Assembly: GCA_963765535.1 (NCBI GenBank)
Contig: CAVXWU010000017.1
Coordinates: 34,891 to 98,890, forward strand
DNA length: 64,000 nucleotides
Reading direction: 5' to 3'
Source: an uncultured Verrucomicrobiae bacterium
GTDB lineage: Bacteria > Verrucomicrobiota > Verrucomicrobiia > Limisphaerales > JAHDYP01
Within the stretch, counting starts at the first letter, position 1. The number at the start of each line of letters is the position of its first letter. This document shows positions 10,237 through 20,222 of this stretch, piece after piece. The translations under genes were made by a program, and so were the position numbers. The notes under the pieces are model-generated. The model saw only the letters and a program-made list of their open reading frames with translations, had not been told where the DNA came from and did no database searches.

Positions 10237-11856
10237 ATGAACCGGCGAGATTTCCTGCAAACGACCGCCCTTGGCTTGGCACCGATCATGACGGCTTCCT
10301 CCGCATTGGGGGACGCCTCCCCTCCGCGTTCACCCGTATCTCCGTTTCGCCTGGAGCCTTTCGAGTGGCAAGAGGCTTCCATCCCACAACTCCAAACAGC
10401 GATGGAGTCCGGCCGCGAAACCGCCGCGTCGCTCGTCAAAAAATACCTGCGTCGCATCGAAGAGGTGGACCGCGGTGGTCCGTGCGTCAATTCCGTTATC
10501 GAATTGAACCCCGAGGCCATCCCGATCGCTCGCGAACTCGACCGCGAACGGAAAGCCCACGGACCGCGCGGTCCGTTGCACGGAATCCCGATTCTCCTCA
10601 AGGATAATCTTGATACTCACGACCGCATGATGACCACCGCCGGTTCTCTCGCGCTGCTCGGCTCAATCGCGCCCCAGGATTCTTTTGTGGCGGCCCAGCT
10701 CCGGAAGGCCGGAGCCGTCCTGCTGGGCAAGACGAATCTCAGTGAGTGGGCCAACTTTCGTTCAACCCGCTCGACCAGCGGCTGGAGCGGTCGCGGCGGT
10801 TTGACCCGGAACCCTTACGTCTTGTCCTGCAATCCATCCGGCTCAAGCTCCGGCACGGGAGCAGCCGTCGCGGCCAGTCTCTGCGCAGCGGGCATCGGCA
10901 CGGAGACGGACGGTTCGATTACTTCGCCCAGTTCCTACAACGGTCTGGTCGGTTTCAAACCTACTGTAGGACTCGTCAGCCGCGCCGGGATCATTCCCAT
11001 TTCTCGCACCCAGGACACCGCCGGTCCCATGACCCGATCAGTCACCGATGCGGCGATCTTGTTGGGTGCCCTCACCGGCGTGGATCCACGCGATCCGCCC
11101 ACAGCCCGGAACTCCGGCGCATTGCCATCCGATTACTTGCCGTTTCTCGATCCCGCCGGTTTGCGCGGCGCGCGGATCGGCGTGGCCCGCCAATTCTTCA
11201 AGCTACATCCCGGCGCAACTCAAGTCGCCGAAACAGCCCTGGAAGTGCTCCGAAGTTGTGGCGCCATTCTCGTCGATCCCGCCGACATTCCGACGCACGG
11301 GCAATTCGGGGATTCGGAAAATGTGGTGCTGCATTATGAATTCAAGGCGGGCCTGAATGAATATCTTGCCGGACTCGGACCCGGCGCGCCGGTCCGCACG
11401 CTCCAGGACATCATCGCGTTCAACGAGCGCAACCGTGAATCGGAAATGCCATTTTTTGGTCAGGAGATTTTTTTGCACGCGCAGGAGAAAGGGCCGCTCT
11501 CCGAATCGATCTACTCCGAGGCACTGGCCCGCGGTCAACGGCTGTCCCGCGACGAAGGAATCGATGCCGTGATGAATCGGAACCAGTTGGACGCCCTCGT
11601 GGCGCCGACGACCGGTCCGGCCCATGCCACCGATCTCGTTTACGGCGACCGCGACGCGGGCGGGTGCACCTCGCCGGCGGCAGTTGCCGGTTATCCGCAC
11701 ATCACCGTTCCCGCGGGTGACGTTTTGGGTTTACCGGTTGGGCTTTCCTTTTTTGGCCGCGCTTTTAGCGAGCCGGCACTGTTCAAGTTCGCCTTCGCCT
11801 TCGAGCAAACCCTCAACGCGCGCAAACCGCCGCGCTTCGTGCCGGCATTGGCGTAG
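10237..11856 (+). CDS. Amidase (amidase-signature family), Tat-exported
   Basis: NRRDFL Tat motif; LHGIPILLKDN, SGSSSG, GTETDGSI. Confidence 0.92.
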   Translation: MNRRDFLQTTALGLAPIMTASSALGDASPPRSPVSPFRLEPFEWQEASIPQLQTAMESGRETAASLVKKYLRRIEEVDRGGPCVNSVIELNPEAIPIARELDRERKAHGPRGPLHGIPILLKDNLDTHDRMMTTAGSLALLGSIAPQDSFVAAQLRKAGAVLLGKTNLSEWANFRSTRSTSGWSGRGGLTRNPYVLSCNPSGSSSGTGAAVAASLCAAGIGTETDGSITSPSSYNGLVGFKPTVGLVSRAGIIPISRTQDTAGPMTRSVTDAAILLGALTGVDPRDPPTARNSGALPSDYLPFLDPAGLRGARIGVARQFFKLHPGATQVAETALEVLRSCGAILVDPADIPTHGQFGDSENVVLHYEFKAGLNEYLAGLGPGAPVRTLQDIIAFNERNRESEMPFFGQEIFLHAQEKGPLSESIYSEALARGQRLSRDEGIDAVMNRNQLDALVAPTTGPAHATDLVYGDRDAGGCTSPAAVAGYPHITVPAGDVLGLPVGLSFFGRAFSEPALFKFAFAFEQTLNARKPPRFVPALA

Positions 11857-11968
11857 GCCGTCAGCCCGGCGCCGACGGTGCCACGCAGCCCCACGCTACG
11901 GCCGCAATCCCGATCCTCCACTCTGTTCAGCCTTGCCCGGGACAACCGGGGGCTGTACGTTGCCCGCC

Positions 11969-13108
11969 ATGGCTGAAGACGCTTCATGGGGTGCCTCCGA
12001 ACGGGTGCCGCCACCTTTGCCGAATCCACCCCCGCTCCAGGGATCGCAACTGCCCGCACCAAAACGGAGCGGCGGTGGCCGGTTTTGGATGATCCTGGCG
12101 ATCCTGCTCGCCTGCCTCCTGATGGTGAGCTTGCTCGCGAACGTGCAACAGCTCTTCCGGGCGTTCAGCTTCCACAGCGCCGGGGCGAGCGAAGGCAAAC
12201 GCGGACTCAATGAAGCGATGCTCGATTATCGGCATTCGCGGCATAAGATCGCCGTCATCGATCTGGCGGGTCTGATCGTGGGCGAGGCCTGGGACGGCGG
12301 CAGCTATAACATGGTCAGCCAGATCAAGGACCAACTCGATCGCGCCGCCGACGATCCCGACGTCCAGGCCGTCATACTCCGGGTGGACTCTCCCGGCGGG
12401 GAAGTTCTCGCCGCCGACACCATCAGCCGCGCAATCGCCACCTTTGAGAATGAAACCCAGAAGCCGGTCGTGGCGTACCTGGGGGGCTTGGCCGCCTCCG
12501 GGGGATACTATGTGGCCGCGCCATGCCAATGGATCGTGGCAAACGAGTTGACCATCACCGGCAGCATCGGCGTCATCATGCAGGGTTACAACTACCGCGG
12601 CCTCCTCGATAAGATCGGTATCCGCCCTCAGATTTTCAAAAGCGGCAAGTTCAAAGACATGCTCAGTGGATCCAAATCCGAAGAGGAAATCCTTCCTCAG
12701 GAACGCGAGATGGTCCAAAAGCTTATTGACGAGACCTTCGATCGTTTCAAAGAAGTGGTCCGTAAAGGGCGCAGTTTCGCCAATGAACGAAACGATCAAC
12801 TCGGCCAACGTCTCAGTGACGATTGGGAACAATATGCCGACGGCCGTATCCTCTCGGGCAAACAGGCCTTCTCACTCGGGTTCGTCGATGAACTCGGAGA
12901 TTTCGAAGCCGCCGTCCAGCGGGCTCTGAGCATCGCCGACATCCCCAACGCCAATCTCATCCGCTATCAACGGCCCTTCGAACTGGGCAGCCTCCTCCGT
13001 CTATTTGGAAAGACCGAGAGCAAGGCCGTGCACATCGACTTTGGCTTGCACACCCTCCAGATTCAGCCGGGCCGGATGTACTACCTCCTCCCCAGCGTGG
13101 TGCCCTGA
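11969..13108 (+). CDS. sppA: Signal peptide peptidase SppA (S49)
   Basis: TM anchor, VDSPGGEV, AASGGYYVA, TITGSIGVI, KSGKFKD, DGRI. Confidence 0.92.
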   Translation: MAEDASWGASERVPPPLPNPPPLQGSQLPAPKRSGGGRFWMILAILLACLLMVSLLANVQQLFRAFSFHSAGASEGKRGLNEAMLDYRHSRHKIAVIDLAGLIVGEAWDGGSYNMVSQIKDQLDRAADDPDVQAVILRVDSPGGEVLAADTISRAIATFENETQKPVVAYLGGLAASGGYYVAAPCQWIVANELTITGSIGVIMQGYNYRGLLDKIGIRPQIFKSGKFKDMLSGSKSEEEILPQEREMVQKLIDETFDRFKEVVRKGRSFANERNDQLGQRLSDDWEQYADGRILSGKQAFSLGFVDELGDFEAAVQRALSIADIPNANLIRYQRPFELGSLLRLFGKTESKAVHIDFGLHTLQIQPGRMYYLLPSVVP

Positions 13109-13866
13109 AAAAACAGGCGCAGCCCCTTCAACGTCAGCAACGGATCGACTTTCCGTATCTCCGGAACGCCACGGGCCATCAGGCGCGCATAACCCCCCGT
13201 CGCAACTACCGGCAGCTCCGGACTGCGTAATTCCCCGCGCAGTCCGGCAATCAATTCCCGAACCAGGCCGCGATAGCCCTGCACCGCCCCGATCCGCATC
13301 GCTTCTTCAGTGCTCCTCCCCAAAAATCGGCGGACCGCCCGAAGCCGGACTCTCGGGAGCAAGGCCGTTTTTTCATGAAGATAATCGGTCATTGCCGCAA
13401 GTCCTGGGGCGATGATACCGCCCACATAATTGCCCCGCGAGTTCACGACATCGAACGTCACTGCCGTTCCGAAATCGACAACCAGCACCGGTGCACCAAA
13501 CTGCGCTCGCGCCGCCAACGCATTGGCGAGGCGATCTGGTCCAATCGTCTCGCGCCGCGGATAATCGACGCCCAAGGCAAAGTCCGATCGGACGGACAAT
13601 TCCCGCAATGGGGCCGGGCAGTTGGCCCTGGCCCAACGTCGCACCCGCACGGTCACACGCGGCACAACGCTGCAAAAGCTGATGCCGGTCAAATCCTTAA
13701 TCCGATGGAATTCCGCCAACCGGCGTTCCGCCTTTCCGTCCAGCCAGAAAGCCGTCGGCATGTCTTCGTGCCGCATCACCCTTTGCCCGTGCGCCAGCCC
13801 GATATGCGTGTGCGTGTTCCCTACATCCAGGAGCAACACGCCCTTCCCTCGTCGCAGATGTTTCAT
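13081..13866 (-). CDS. coaX: Type III pantothenate kinase
   Basis: LLDVGNT, SVVP, GPDR, VDFGTAVTFD, GGIIAPG, ATGG. Confidence 0.95.
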   Translation of the reverse strand: MKHLRRGKGVLLLDVGNTHTHIGLAHGQRVMRHEDMPTAFWLDGKAERRLAEFHRIKDLTGISFCSVVPRVTVRVRRWARANCPAPLRELSVRSDFALGVDYPRRETIGPDRLANALAARAQFGAPVLVVDFGTAVTFDVVNSRGNYVGGIIAPGLAAMTDYLHEKTALLPRVRLRAVRRFLGRSTEEAMRIGAVQGYRGLVRELIAGLRGELRSPELPVVATGGYARLMARGVPEIRKVDPLLTLKGLRLFFQGTTLGRR

Positions 13867-13876
13867 TCGTGCGGAA

Positions 13877-14854
13877 TTACTTCTCCACCGTCACATCCCC
13901 GCCCACCACCCGCTCCAAATGGCCATGCTCGGTTCGTAAAAGCAGGGCCCCGTCCGCGTCCAGAGATTCCGCCCGCCCCCGCATCTGCCGCGCGCCCATT
14001 CGGATGACGACCTGCCGGCCAATCGTCGTGCACCTCGATTCCCAGTCGTCGGCTAATTCCTCAAACCGCGGGGACATCGCGCGCGCGTAATCCCGGTCCA
14101 ACTCGTGCAACATCGCCAGCGCCAATTCGCCCCGAGAGATCTCTCGCCCGCTCTCCAGCCGAAGCGACGTGGCGATCCCCTGTAATTCCCGAGGAAAATC
14201 ACTCTCTCTATGGTTCGCATCCACCCCCATCCCGACAATGGCGTGGCGCACCCGATCCATCTCCGCACTCATCTCCGTCAGAATCCCCGCAACCTTCCGT
14301 CCTCGCAGAAGCAAGTCATTGGGCCATTTGATTTCCGGCTTCAGTCCCGTGACCAACTCGATCGCTCGCGCCAATGAAGCCGCTGCCGCAATCGTCAACC
14401 GGGTAACAGCCATAGGCGATACCCTCGGCCGGAATAGAATCGAGACGTAAATACCCAATCCTTGAGGCGAATGCCAACTGCGCCCAAGCCGGCCCCGGCC
14501 CCGGGTCTGTTTTTCCGCAAATACGGCCGCCCCTTCCGCCACCCCATCCCGGGCCATCTTCTCCACCACATCGTTCGTGGACGTTGTCTCCCGAAAGACC
14601 TGGATATCGCGACCCACCACTCTCGTCCGGCCCAAACGATACTTCAGGTCGTCGGCATGCAACAAATCCGGTGCTGTCACCAGCCGATATCCCAAATGCG
14701 GGCTGGCCTCGATCCCATACCCCAACGTTCGCAGATCCTGGATTCGCGACCAGACCGCCGCCCTTGTGACGCCGAATTGCGCGGCCAGGTCCGCCCCGGA
14801 GATCCCGCCTTGAGCGGCCCGAAGCGCCTCCAGTATTTGAGCATCGAGCGACAT
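13877..14854 (-). CDS. birA: Bifunctional biotin ligase/repressor
   Basis: N-terminal HTH, STND, QTRGRGRLGRSW, KWPND, KVAGIL. Confidence 0.95.
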   Translation of the reverse strand: MSLDAQILEALRAAQGGISGADLAAQFGVTRAAVWSRIQDLRTLGYGIEASPHLGYRLVTAPDLLHADDLKYRLGRTRVVGRDIQVFRETTSTNDVVEKMARDGVAEGAAVFAEKQTRGRGRLGRSWHSPQGLGIYVSILFRPRVSPMAVTRLTIAAAASLARAIELVTGLKPEIKWPNDLLLRGRKVAGILTEMSAEMDRVRHAIVGMGVDANHRESDFPRELQGIATSLRLESGREISRGELALAMLHELDRDYARAMSPRFEELADDWESRCTTIGRQVVIRMGARQMRGRAESLDADGALLLRTEHGHLERVVGGDVTVEK

Positions 14855-14863
14855 CTTCGAAAC

Positions 14864-15721
14864 CTAAATCGCCTCCCAATCCAGCGCGAGATCCATCGCC
14901 CTGGCCGAGTGCGTCAACGCACCCACCGATATGTAATCCACCCCCGTCTCCGCAATGCCGCGAACCGTCCCCAGGTTGACGCCCCCGCTCGCCTCCGTCC
15001 CGGCCCGACCCCGCGCCAATTCCACCGCCCGCCGCATCTCCGCCAGGGACATGTTGTCCAGAAGGAGCCTGTCGGCCCCGGCCTCCAGCGCTGCTGTCAC
15101 CTGTTCCAGCGCGTCCGCTTCGACCTCGATGCTGAGCTCTGGGAATGCCCGCCTCGCGCGCGAGACCGCCGCGGCAATCGCGTTGGGAGCCTCGCCCTGC
15201 AATGCCGCCAGATGATTATCTTTGATCAATATCGCATCAAACAATCCCATCCGATGGTTGCTCCCGCCGCCGCAACGCACCGCATATTTTTCCAGCCATC
15301 GCAACCCGGGCGTCGTCTTTCGTGTGTCCAGGATCACGGCGCGCGTCCCGGCCACGGCATCCACATACTGTCGCGTCAGCGTCGCAATGCCCGACATCCG
15401 CTGGAGGAAATTCAAAGCCACCCGCTCCCCCGTCAGCATCGCGTGAACGGGCCCCGCGATGCGCATTACGCATTCACCTTCCCCGACCGATGCCCCGTCC
15501 GGCACCAACGCTTCGCAAAACAATTCGGCAGAAACCTGGCGAAACACCGTCTCGGCTACGAGTAATCCCGCGATGATCAAAGGTTCTCGGGCCACCACCC
15601 CCGTCTTACCCATCCGATCCACCGGAACCGTGGCCAGCGTGGTCAGATCGCCCCGGCCAACGTCTTCGGACAAGGCGGCTTCAACCACCGCCCGGATGAT
15701 CCTCACCCCGAACTCGTCCAT
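14864..15721 (-). CDS. nadC: Nicotinate-nucleotide diphosphorylase (QPRTase)
   Basis: ERVALN, DTRKTTPG, NHRMGL, IKDNH, LLDN, EASGG, ISVGALTHS. Confidence 0.96.
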   Translation of the reverse strand: MDEFGVRIIRAVVEAALSEDVGRGDLTTLATVPVDRMGKTGVVAREPLIIAGLLVAETVFRQVSAELFCEALVPDGASVGEGECVMRIAGPVHAMLTGERVALNFLQRMSGIATLTRQYVDAVAGTRAVILDTRKTTPGLRWLEKYAVRCGGGSNHRMGLFDAILIKDNHLAALQGEAPNAIAAAVSRARRAFPELSIEVEADALEQVTAALEAGADRLLLDNMSLAEMRRAVELARGRAGTEASGGVNLGTVRGIAETGVDYISVGALTHSARAMDLALDWEAI

Positions 15722-15805
15722 GGCGCGAAGCATGGACAAAGCCCCCCCAACAAGGAATCAAAAAGCTGCTTGGGCACCTCCCGCCTTTCGTGTCATGTTG
15801 GGTCA

Positions 15806-16633
15806 ATGTCAAAGGAATGGCACCCTGACCCGATCAGTCGCCGAATCGCGGATGCGCGACCGGCCGGCGCTGCGCCGCGTGTGTTGCAGTTGATCCGCAA
15901 GGTGGGCGCGGCCTGGATGGTCTTCACGGTGTTGGGGCTTCTCGTGGGCGCTTACCTCATCTGCGCACAGGAGGAACCCTCGCCATGGGAAAAGGATATC
16001 AACGCCTTCACGACCTCGGATGAAGCCTCCCCACCCACACCGGGCGGTCTGCTCTTTGTCGGAAGCTCCAGCATCCGATTCTGGTCAACCCTCGAAAAGG
16101 ATTTCTCCGGGTATCCCGTGATCCAGCGGGGTTTCGGCGGGTCCGAGATGTCCGACACTCTGCAGTATGCCCCACAAATCGTCCTTCCCTACCGCCCACG
16201 CATGGTCATTGTTTATGCGGGAGACAATGATCTCATCAATGGCAAGACACCCAAAGTGGTTCACGAGGATTTCCTGGCCTTTGTCGAGCTTCTGCACAAG
16301 GAACTTCCCCGCTGCCGCATCGGGTTTATCGCGATCAAACCCAGCCCGGCCCGCTGGCAACTCGCGACCGAGATCCGCACGGCCAACCTGCTAGTCAAAT
16401 CCACCTGCGATCGCGATCCCTTACTCGATTTTCTGGATATTTTCGAACCCATGCTGGATTCGAATGGCGAGCCGCGCCGGGAACTCTTCCGGGCGGATCT
16501 CTTGCACCTCAACGCCACGGGTTATGCCCTCTGGACCCGCATCATCAAGCAGCACCTGCCTCCACCTGAAGCGTTCTCGTCCGCGACGAAAGACACCACA
16601 TCCCACGAGCCCGATCCGGATCAGGCCCCGTGA
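15806..16633 (+). CDS. SGNH/GDSL hydrolase
   Basis: FVGSSSI, RGFGGS, YAGDND, DLLHLN..GY; start uncertain. Confidence 0.88.
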   Translation: MSKEWHPDPISRRIADARPAGAAPRVLQLIRKVGAAWMVFTVLGLLVGAYLICAQEEPSPWEKDINAFTTSDEASPPTPGGLLFVGSSSIRFWSTLEKDFSGYPVIQRGFGGSEMSDTLQYAPQIVLPYRPRMVIVYAGDNDLINGKTPKVVHEDFLAFVELLHKELPRCRIGFIAIKPSPARWQLATEIRTANLLVKSTCDRDPLLDFLDIFEPMLDSNGEPRRELFRADLLHLNATGYALWTRIIKQHLPPPEAFSSATKDTTSHEPDPDQAP

Positions 16634-16802
16634 GAGGTTCACCGCAGCCTTCGTTGCAAACGCTAGCCGACTTCAGAAATGGTTTCCATCAAGGAAACGG
16701 TGCGGCAATTGCCGCGATCTTCAACCTCGACGCGCCGATTCCGATTCCGTATAAGTACGCTTGGTAATCAGGTTGGAGCGCCCGGACAAACTGTCGTTCC
16801 CT

Positions 16803-18245
16803 ATGCCAATCCCAATCATCACCGTGGACCAAATGCGCAATTGGGAGAAGGCCACCTGGGCCGCCAAACGCACGCCCACTGAGGTCATCAGTCGAGTCGG
16901 ACATCTCATCACCGCCAGGACCCGCCAACTCACCCGACCCGGCGATTCCATTCTCATCCTTGCCGGCAAAGGCCACAACGGCGACGACGCCCGCCAGGTG
17001 GTCCTCAATCTCACCGACCGCGAAGTCACGCTACTCAACGTGACTGATCCCAAAGCCGCCCTCCGCGAGTTCAAGTCTCTGCTTTCCCTCCCGCCGACCC
17101 TGATTATCGAGGGGCTTTTCGGCATTGGTTTGAAGGGTCCTTTGGAAGGGGACTGGGCCAATCTCATCAATTCTATCAATGGCTCTGGAATACCGATCCT
17201 CGCCGTCGATGTCCCTGCCGGCCTAAATGCCAACACTGGAACACCGATGGGCGCCTCGATCCAGGCCACCCATACCTTGACCCTCGCCGCTCCCAAACGC
17301 GGGCTCGTCCAGGCCCATGCCGCTCCGTACGTTGGCCGGCTCGAATTGGTGCCGGATATCGGATTGGTCACTCTGCCGCTACCCAGTGATCTCCAATGGA
17401 CCGTTCCCAAGGATTTCGAGGATTTCCCGCCACCCCGCCGCGTGGATGCGCACAAGGGTCACTTCGGCCACATCGTCATTTATGCCGGCAGCCTCGGCTA
17501 CCATGGTGCGGCGATCCTCGCTGCTCGGGGCGCCCTCCAGGCCCAACCCGGTCTGGTCACTCTGATCGTGCCCGAGAATGTCTATGTTCCAATCGCCTCC
17601 CAAATCCAGGCAGCGATGGTCCATCCCTGGCGTCCCGAGCATCCCCTCCCAACATCGACTACCGCCATCCTGTTTGGCCCGGGAATGGCCGCGCCCGATC
17701 TCCCCCCTTCCTTGAAAACCGAGTTGCGCGAGCACTGGACCCACTTGCCATTCCCGATCGTGGCCGATGCCTCGGCGTTGGATTGGTTGCCGCCCGGGAA
17801 GTGCAAAGCAAAAGCAAATCGGGTCATCACCCCGCACCCCGGAGAAGCCGCGCGTTTGCTCGGCAGCTCGGTAAAAGCCGTTCAGGCTGATCGTCCCGCC
17901 GCGCTGCGGGCGCTGTCGGAGCGCTATGGCGGCGCCTGGGTGATTCTCAAGGGCCATCTAACCCTGATCGGACGCAATAAAGGCGAGCTATTCGTGAACA
18001 GCTCCGGAAATCCCTGGTTGGCCCAAGGCGGCAGCGGCGATCTCCTGGCGGGCTTCCTTAGTGCGCTCCTGGCCCAGCCAGCCCTCGCTCTCAATCCGCT
18101 CGCTGCAATCCGTTTCGCCGTCTGGCAACATGGGGCAACGGCCGACGTCCTTGCCGCCGAAAAACCAGGCTGGACAATCGATCACCTTGCCCATCAGTTG
18201 GCGCAACGCCGAACCACGGGGTTCAGTTCGATTCGGATGAATTGA
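16803..18245 (+). CDS. nnr: Bifunctional NAD(P)H-hydrate epimerase/dehydratase
   Basis: YjeF_N (GKGHNGDD, AVDVPAG) plus YjeF_C (HKGHFG, ITPHPGEA, LAQGGSGD). Confidence 0.92.
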   Translation: MPIPIITVDQMRNWEKATWAAKRTPTEVISRVGHLITARTRQLTRPGDSILILAGKGHNGDDARQVVLNLTDREVTLLNVTDPKAALREFKSLLSLPPTLIIEGLFGIGLKGPLEGDWANLINSINGSGIPILAVDVPAGLNANTGTPMGASIQATHTLTLAAPKRGLVQAHAAPYVGRLELVPDIGLVTLPLPSDLQWTVPKDFEDFPPPRRVDAHKGHFGHIVIYAGSLGYHGAAILAARGALQAQPGLVTLIVPENVYVPIASQIQAAMVHPWRPEHPLPTSTTAILFGPGMAAPDLPPSLKTELREHWTHLPFPIVADASALDWLPPGKCKAKANRVITPHPGEAARLLGSSVKAVQADRPAALRALSERYGGAWVILKGHLTLIGRNKGELFVNSSGNPWLAQGGSGDLLAGFLSALLAQPALALNPLAAIRFAVWQHGATADVLAAEKPGWTIDHLAHQLAQRRTTGFSSIRMN

Positions 18246-18359
18246 CGCAGAACAGGATTCCCCCGTACCCCTCACTCGCCGGCGGCTCACGATCCGCGAG
18301 AGGTTCCGCCGGGGTTTTTTCTTTCCTTTGGAAGCGCCCTTCTGCTAAGGATCGCTCTC

Positions 18360-19316
18360 GTGATACAGCGTTTCCACTGGTTAGCTTTGAGCCTTTTGCT
18401 TTTGTGCCTGATGAGCCTGGGGGCCAACGCGGGCGAGTTCCACCTGGCCAACGGAAACACGCTTCGAGGCGAGATCGCTTCCGCTGATGAAGAGGGGCTC
18501 GTGGTCCAACGTGACGTGGGCGGTTTCAGCCGGCGCGAACCCTGGATTAATTTCTCCCAGGAAACCCTGCGCGAACTCGCTCAGGACCCCGAGCTGCGGG
18601 ATTTCGTGGAACCGTTCGTCGAACCCACACCGGAGGAACTCAAGGCACGCCGCGAAAAGAAGGAAATCATTGTCCGACCGGTCCCGACCCGTTTTGAACG
18701 ACCGTCGGAATTGCCCGGTTTTTTTCGCGGGCTGATGACCCCGATTGGTCTGGTGCTCGTGGCGATATTTGCGGCCGCCAATCTTTACGCGGCCTATGAA
18801 GTGGCGCTGTATCGGCAACAATCCGTGCCAATCGTTTGCGCGGTCTCCTTCATCTTACCCGTCCTGGGACCGATCATCTTCCTCTCCTTACCCACGCAAA
18901 CGGACTACGCCGAACCGGCGTACGAAGTCCCGGCGGAGGTTGCCGGCGCCTCGGCGCGCAAAACAACCGGCATGGTTGCGGCCAAACCGAGCGGGCTTTC
19001 GCTCGCTTCGGCGGAAAAGGCCGGACCCGCCGCCGCCCATGCGCAGCCGCAGGTTTACAACCGGGGCGAACACACCTTTAATCGGCGGTTCTTCGAAACG
19101 AAGTTCCCGGGGTTCTTCCGCGTCGTCGCGGGCGAAGCCGAAAAGGATTTGGTGCTGGTGTTCAAGTGTGTGAAGAACGACTACATTGGCCGGCGGATCA
19201 GTCGCATCTCATCCAATGAATTGCACTTGCAGTTGCTCAACAGCACGACGGAAATCAGCATTCCTTTCGCCGATATTACGTCGGTGATCCTGCGACACAA
19301 AGACGCCAAGGTCTGA
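18360..19316 (+). CDS. Hypothetical membrane protein
   Basis: 318-aa ORF: signal peptide, two TM helices, C-terminal soluble domain; co-oriented with adk. Confidence 0.75.
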   Translation: MIQRFHWLALSLLLLCLMSLGANAGEFHLANGNTLRGEIASADEEGLVVQRDVGGFSRREPWINFSQETLRELAQDPELRDFVEPFVEPTPEELKARREKKEIIVRPVPTRFERPSELPGFFRGLMTPIGLVLVAIFAAANLYAAYEVALYRQQSVPIVCAVSFILPVLGPIIFLSLPTQTDYAEPAYEVPAEVAGASARKTTGMVAAKPSGLSLASAEKAGPAAAHAQPQVYNRGEHTFNRRFFETKFPGFFRVVAGEAEKDLVLVFKCVKNDYIGRRISRISSNELHLQLLNSTTEISIPFADITSVILRHKDAKV

Positions 19317-19327
19317 ACGGTTGACCT

Positions 19328-19921
19328 ATGAGGTACCGCACCGTCCTGCTATTCGGGGCCCCCGGCTCCGGCAAAGGCACGCAAGGTAAAATCCTCGGCA
19401 CCATCCCCGGCTACCACCACTGCTCTTGCGGAGAAGTGTTTCGCCGGCTCAGCCCCGAGACCGATCTGGGCCGCACTTTCCTCGAATACTCCAGCCAGGG
19501 CCGGCTCGTGCCCGACGAATTCACAATTCGGCTCTGGCGGGAGAATATTCAAGCGGAAACCCAGGCTTCCTCGTTCAATCCTGTCAACCACATCCTTGTC
19601 CTCGATGGGATACCCCGCACCCGGCACCAGGCGGAGATTCTTGAGGAAACCCTCGATGTCCTCGCCGTCCTCAATCTTACCTGCCCGGACAATCGGAAGT
19701 TGATCGATCGAATGCAGCGGCGGGCGCTCAAAGAAAACCGGCTTGACGACGCGAATCTCGAAGTCATCCAGCGACGATTCAAGGTCTATGAACAGGAAAC
19801 CAAGGATCTCCTGAGTTATTATTCGGAGAGTCTGGTGCATTCCATCGATGCCATGCAGCGCCCAGTCCAGGTTTTGCGCGCCATCCTCGAACGTCTCAGC
19901 AAGCTGGAGTACCAACCATAA
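19328..19921 (+). CDS. adk: Adenylate/nucleoside monophosphate kinase
   Basis: GAPGSGKGTQ, G.LVPD, LDGIPRT, R.DD. Confidence 0.88.
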   Translation: MRYRTVLLFGAPGSGKGTQGKILGTIPGYHHCSCGEVFRRLSPETDLGRTFLEYSSQGRLVPDEFTIRLWRENIQAETQASSFNPVNHILVLDGIPRTRHQAEILEETLDVLAVLNLTCPDNRKLIDRMQRRALKENRLDDANLEVIQRRFKVYEQETKDLLSYYSESLVHSIDAMQRPVQVLRAILERLSKLEYQP

Positions 19922-19923
19922 CC

Positions 19924-20157
19924 ATGACGGAACAGTTCGGCGCGTTCACCGCCAGCGAACTCTATTGTCCCAAATGCCGCAAATCCCAGCCGGTCCGGGA
20001 GCGTCTCCTGCTCGTCCTGCCCACGGGCGAACTATACGAATACCTCTGCACCGGCTGCGGCGAATCGCTCGGCAAACGCACGGTCTCGGTTCCGAATCAA
20101 CCTGTTAAACCCGCCCCGCGCCGGCGGGGAAATGAACATCGGCGGCGGCTGCCCTGA
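19924..20157 (+). CDS. Small zinc-ribbon protein
   Basis: CPKC...CTGC, 77 aa, 2 bp after the adk stop. Confidence 0.75.
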   Translation: MTEQFGAFTASELYCPKCRKSQPVRERLLLVLPTGELYEYLCTGCGESLGKRTVSVPNQPVKPAPRRRGNEHRRRLP

Positions 20158-20222
20158 TCAACCCCGCAAACCGTCGCTCCAGACTGGCCTCGTTCATCCA
20201 CAAGCCCGATTCCTTCCCAGCC

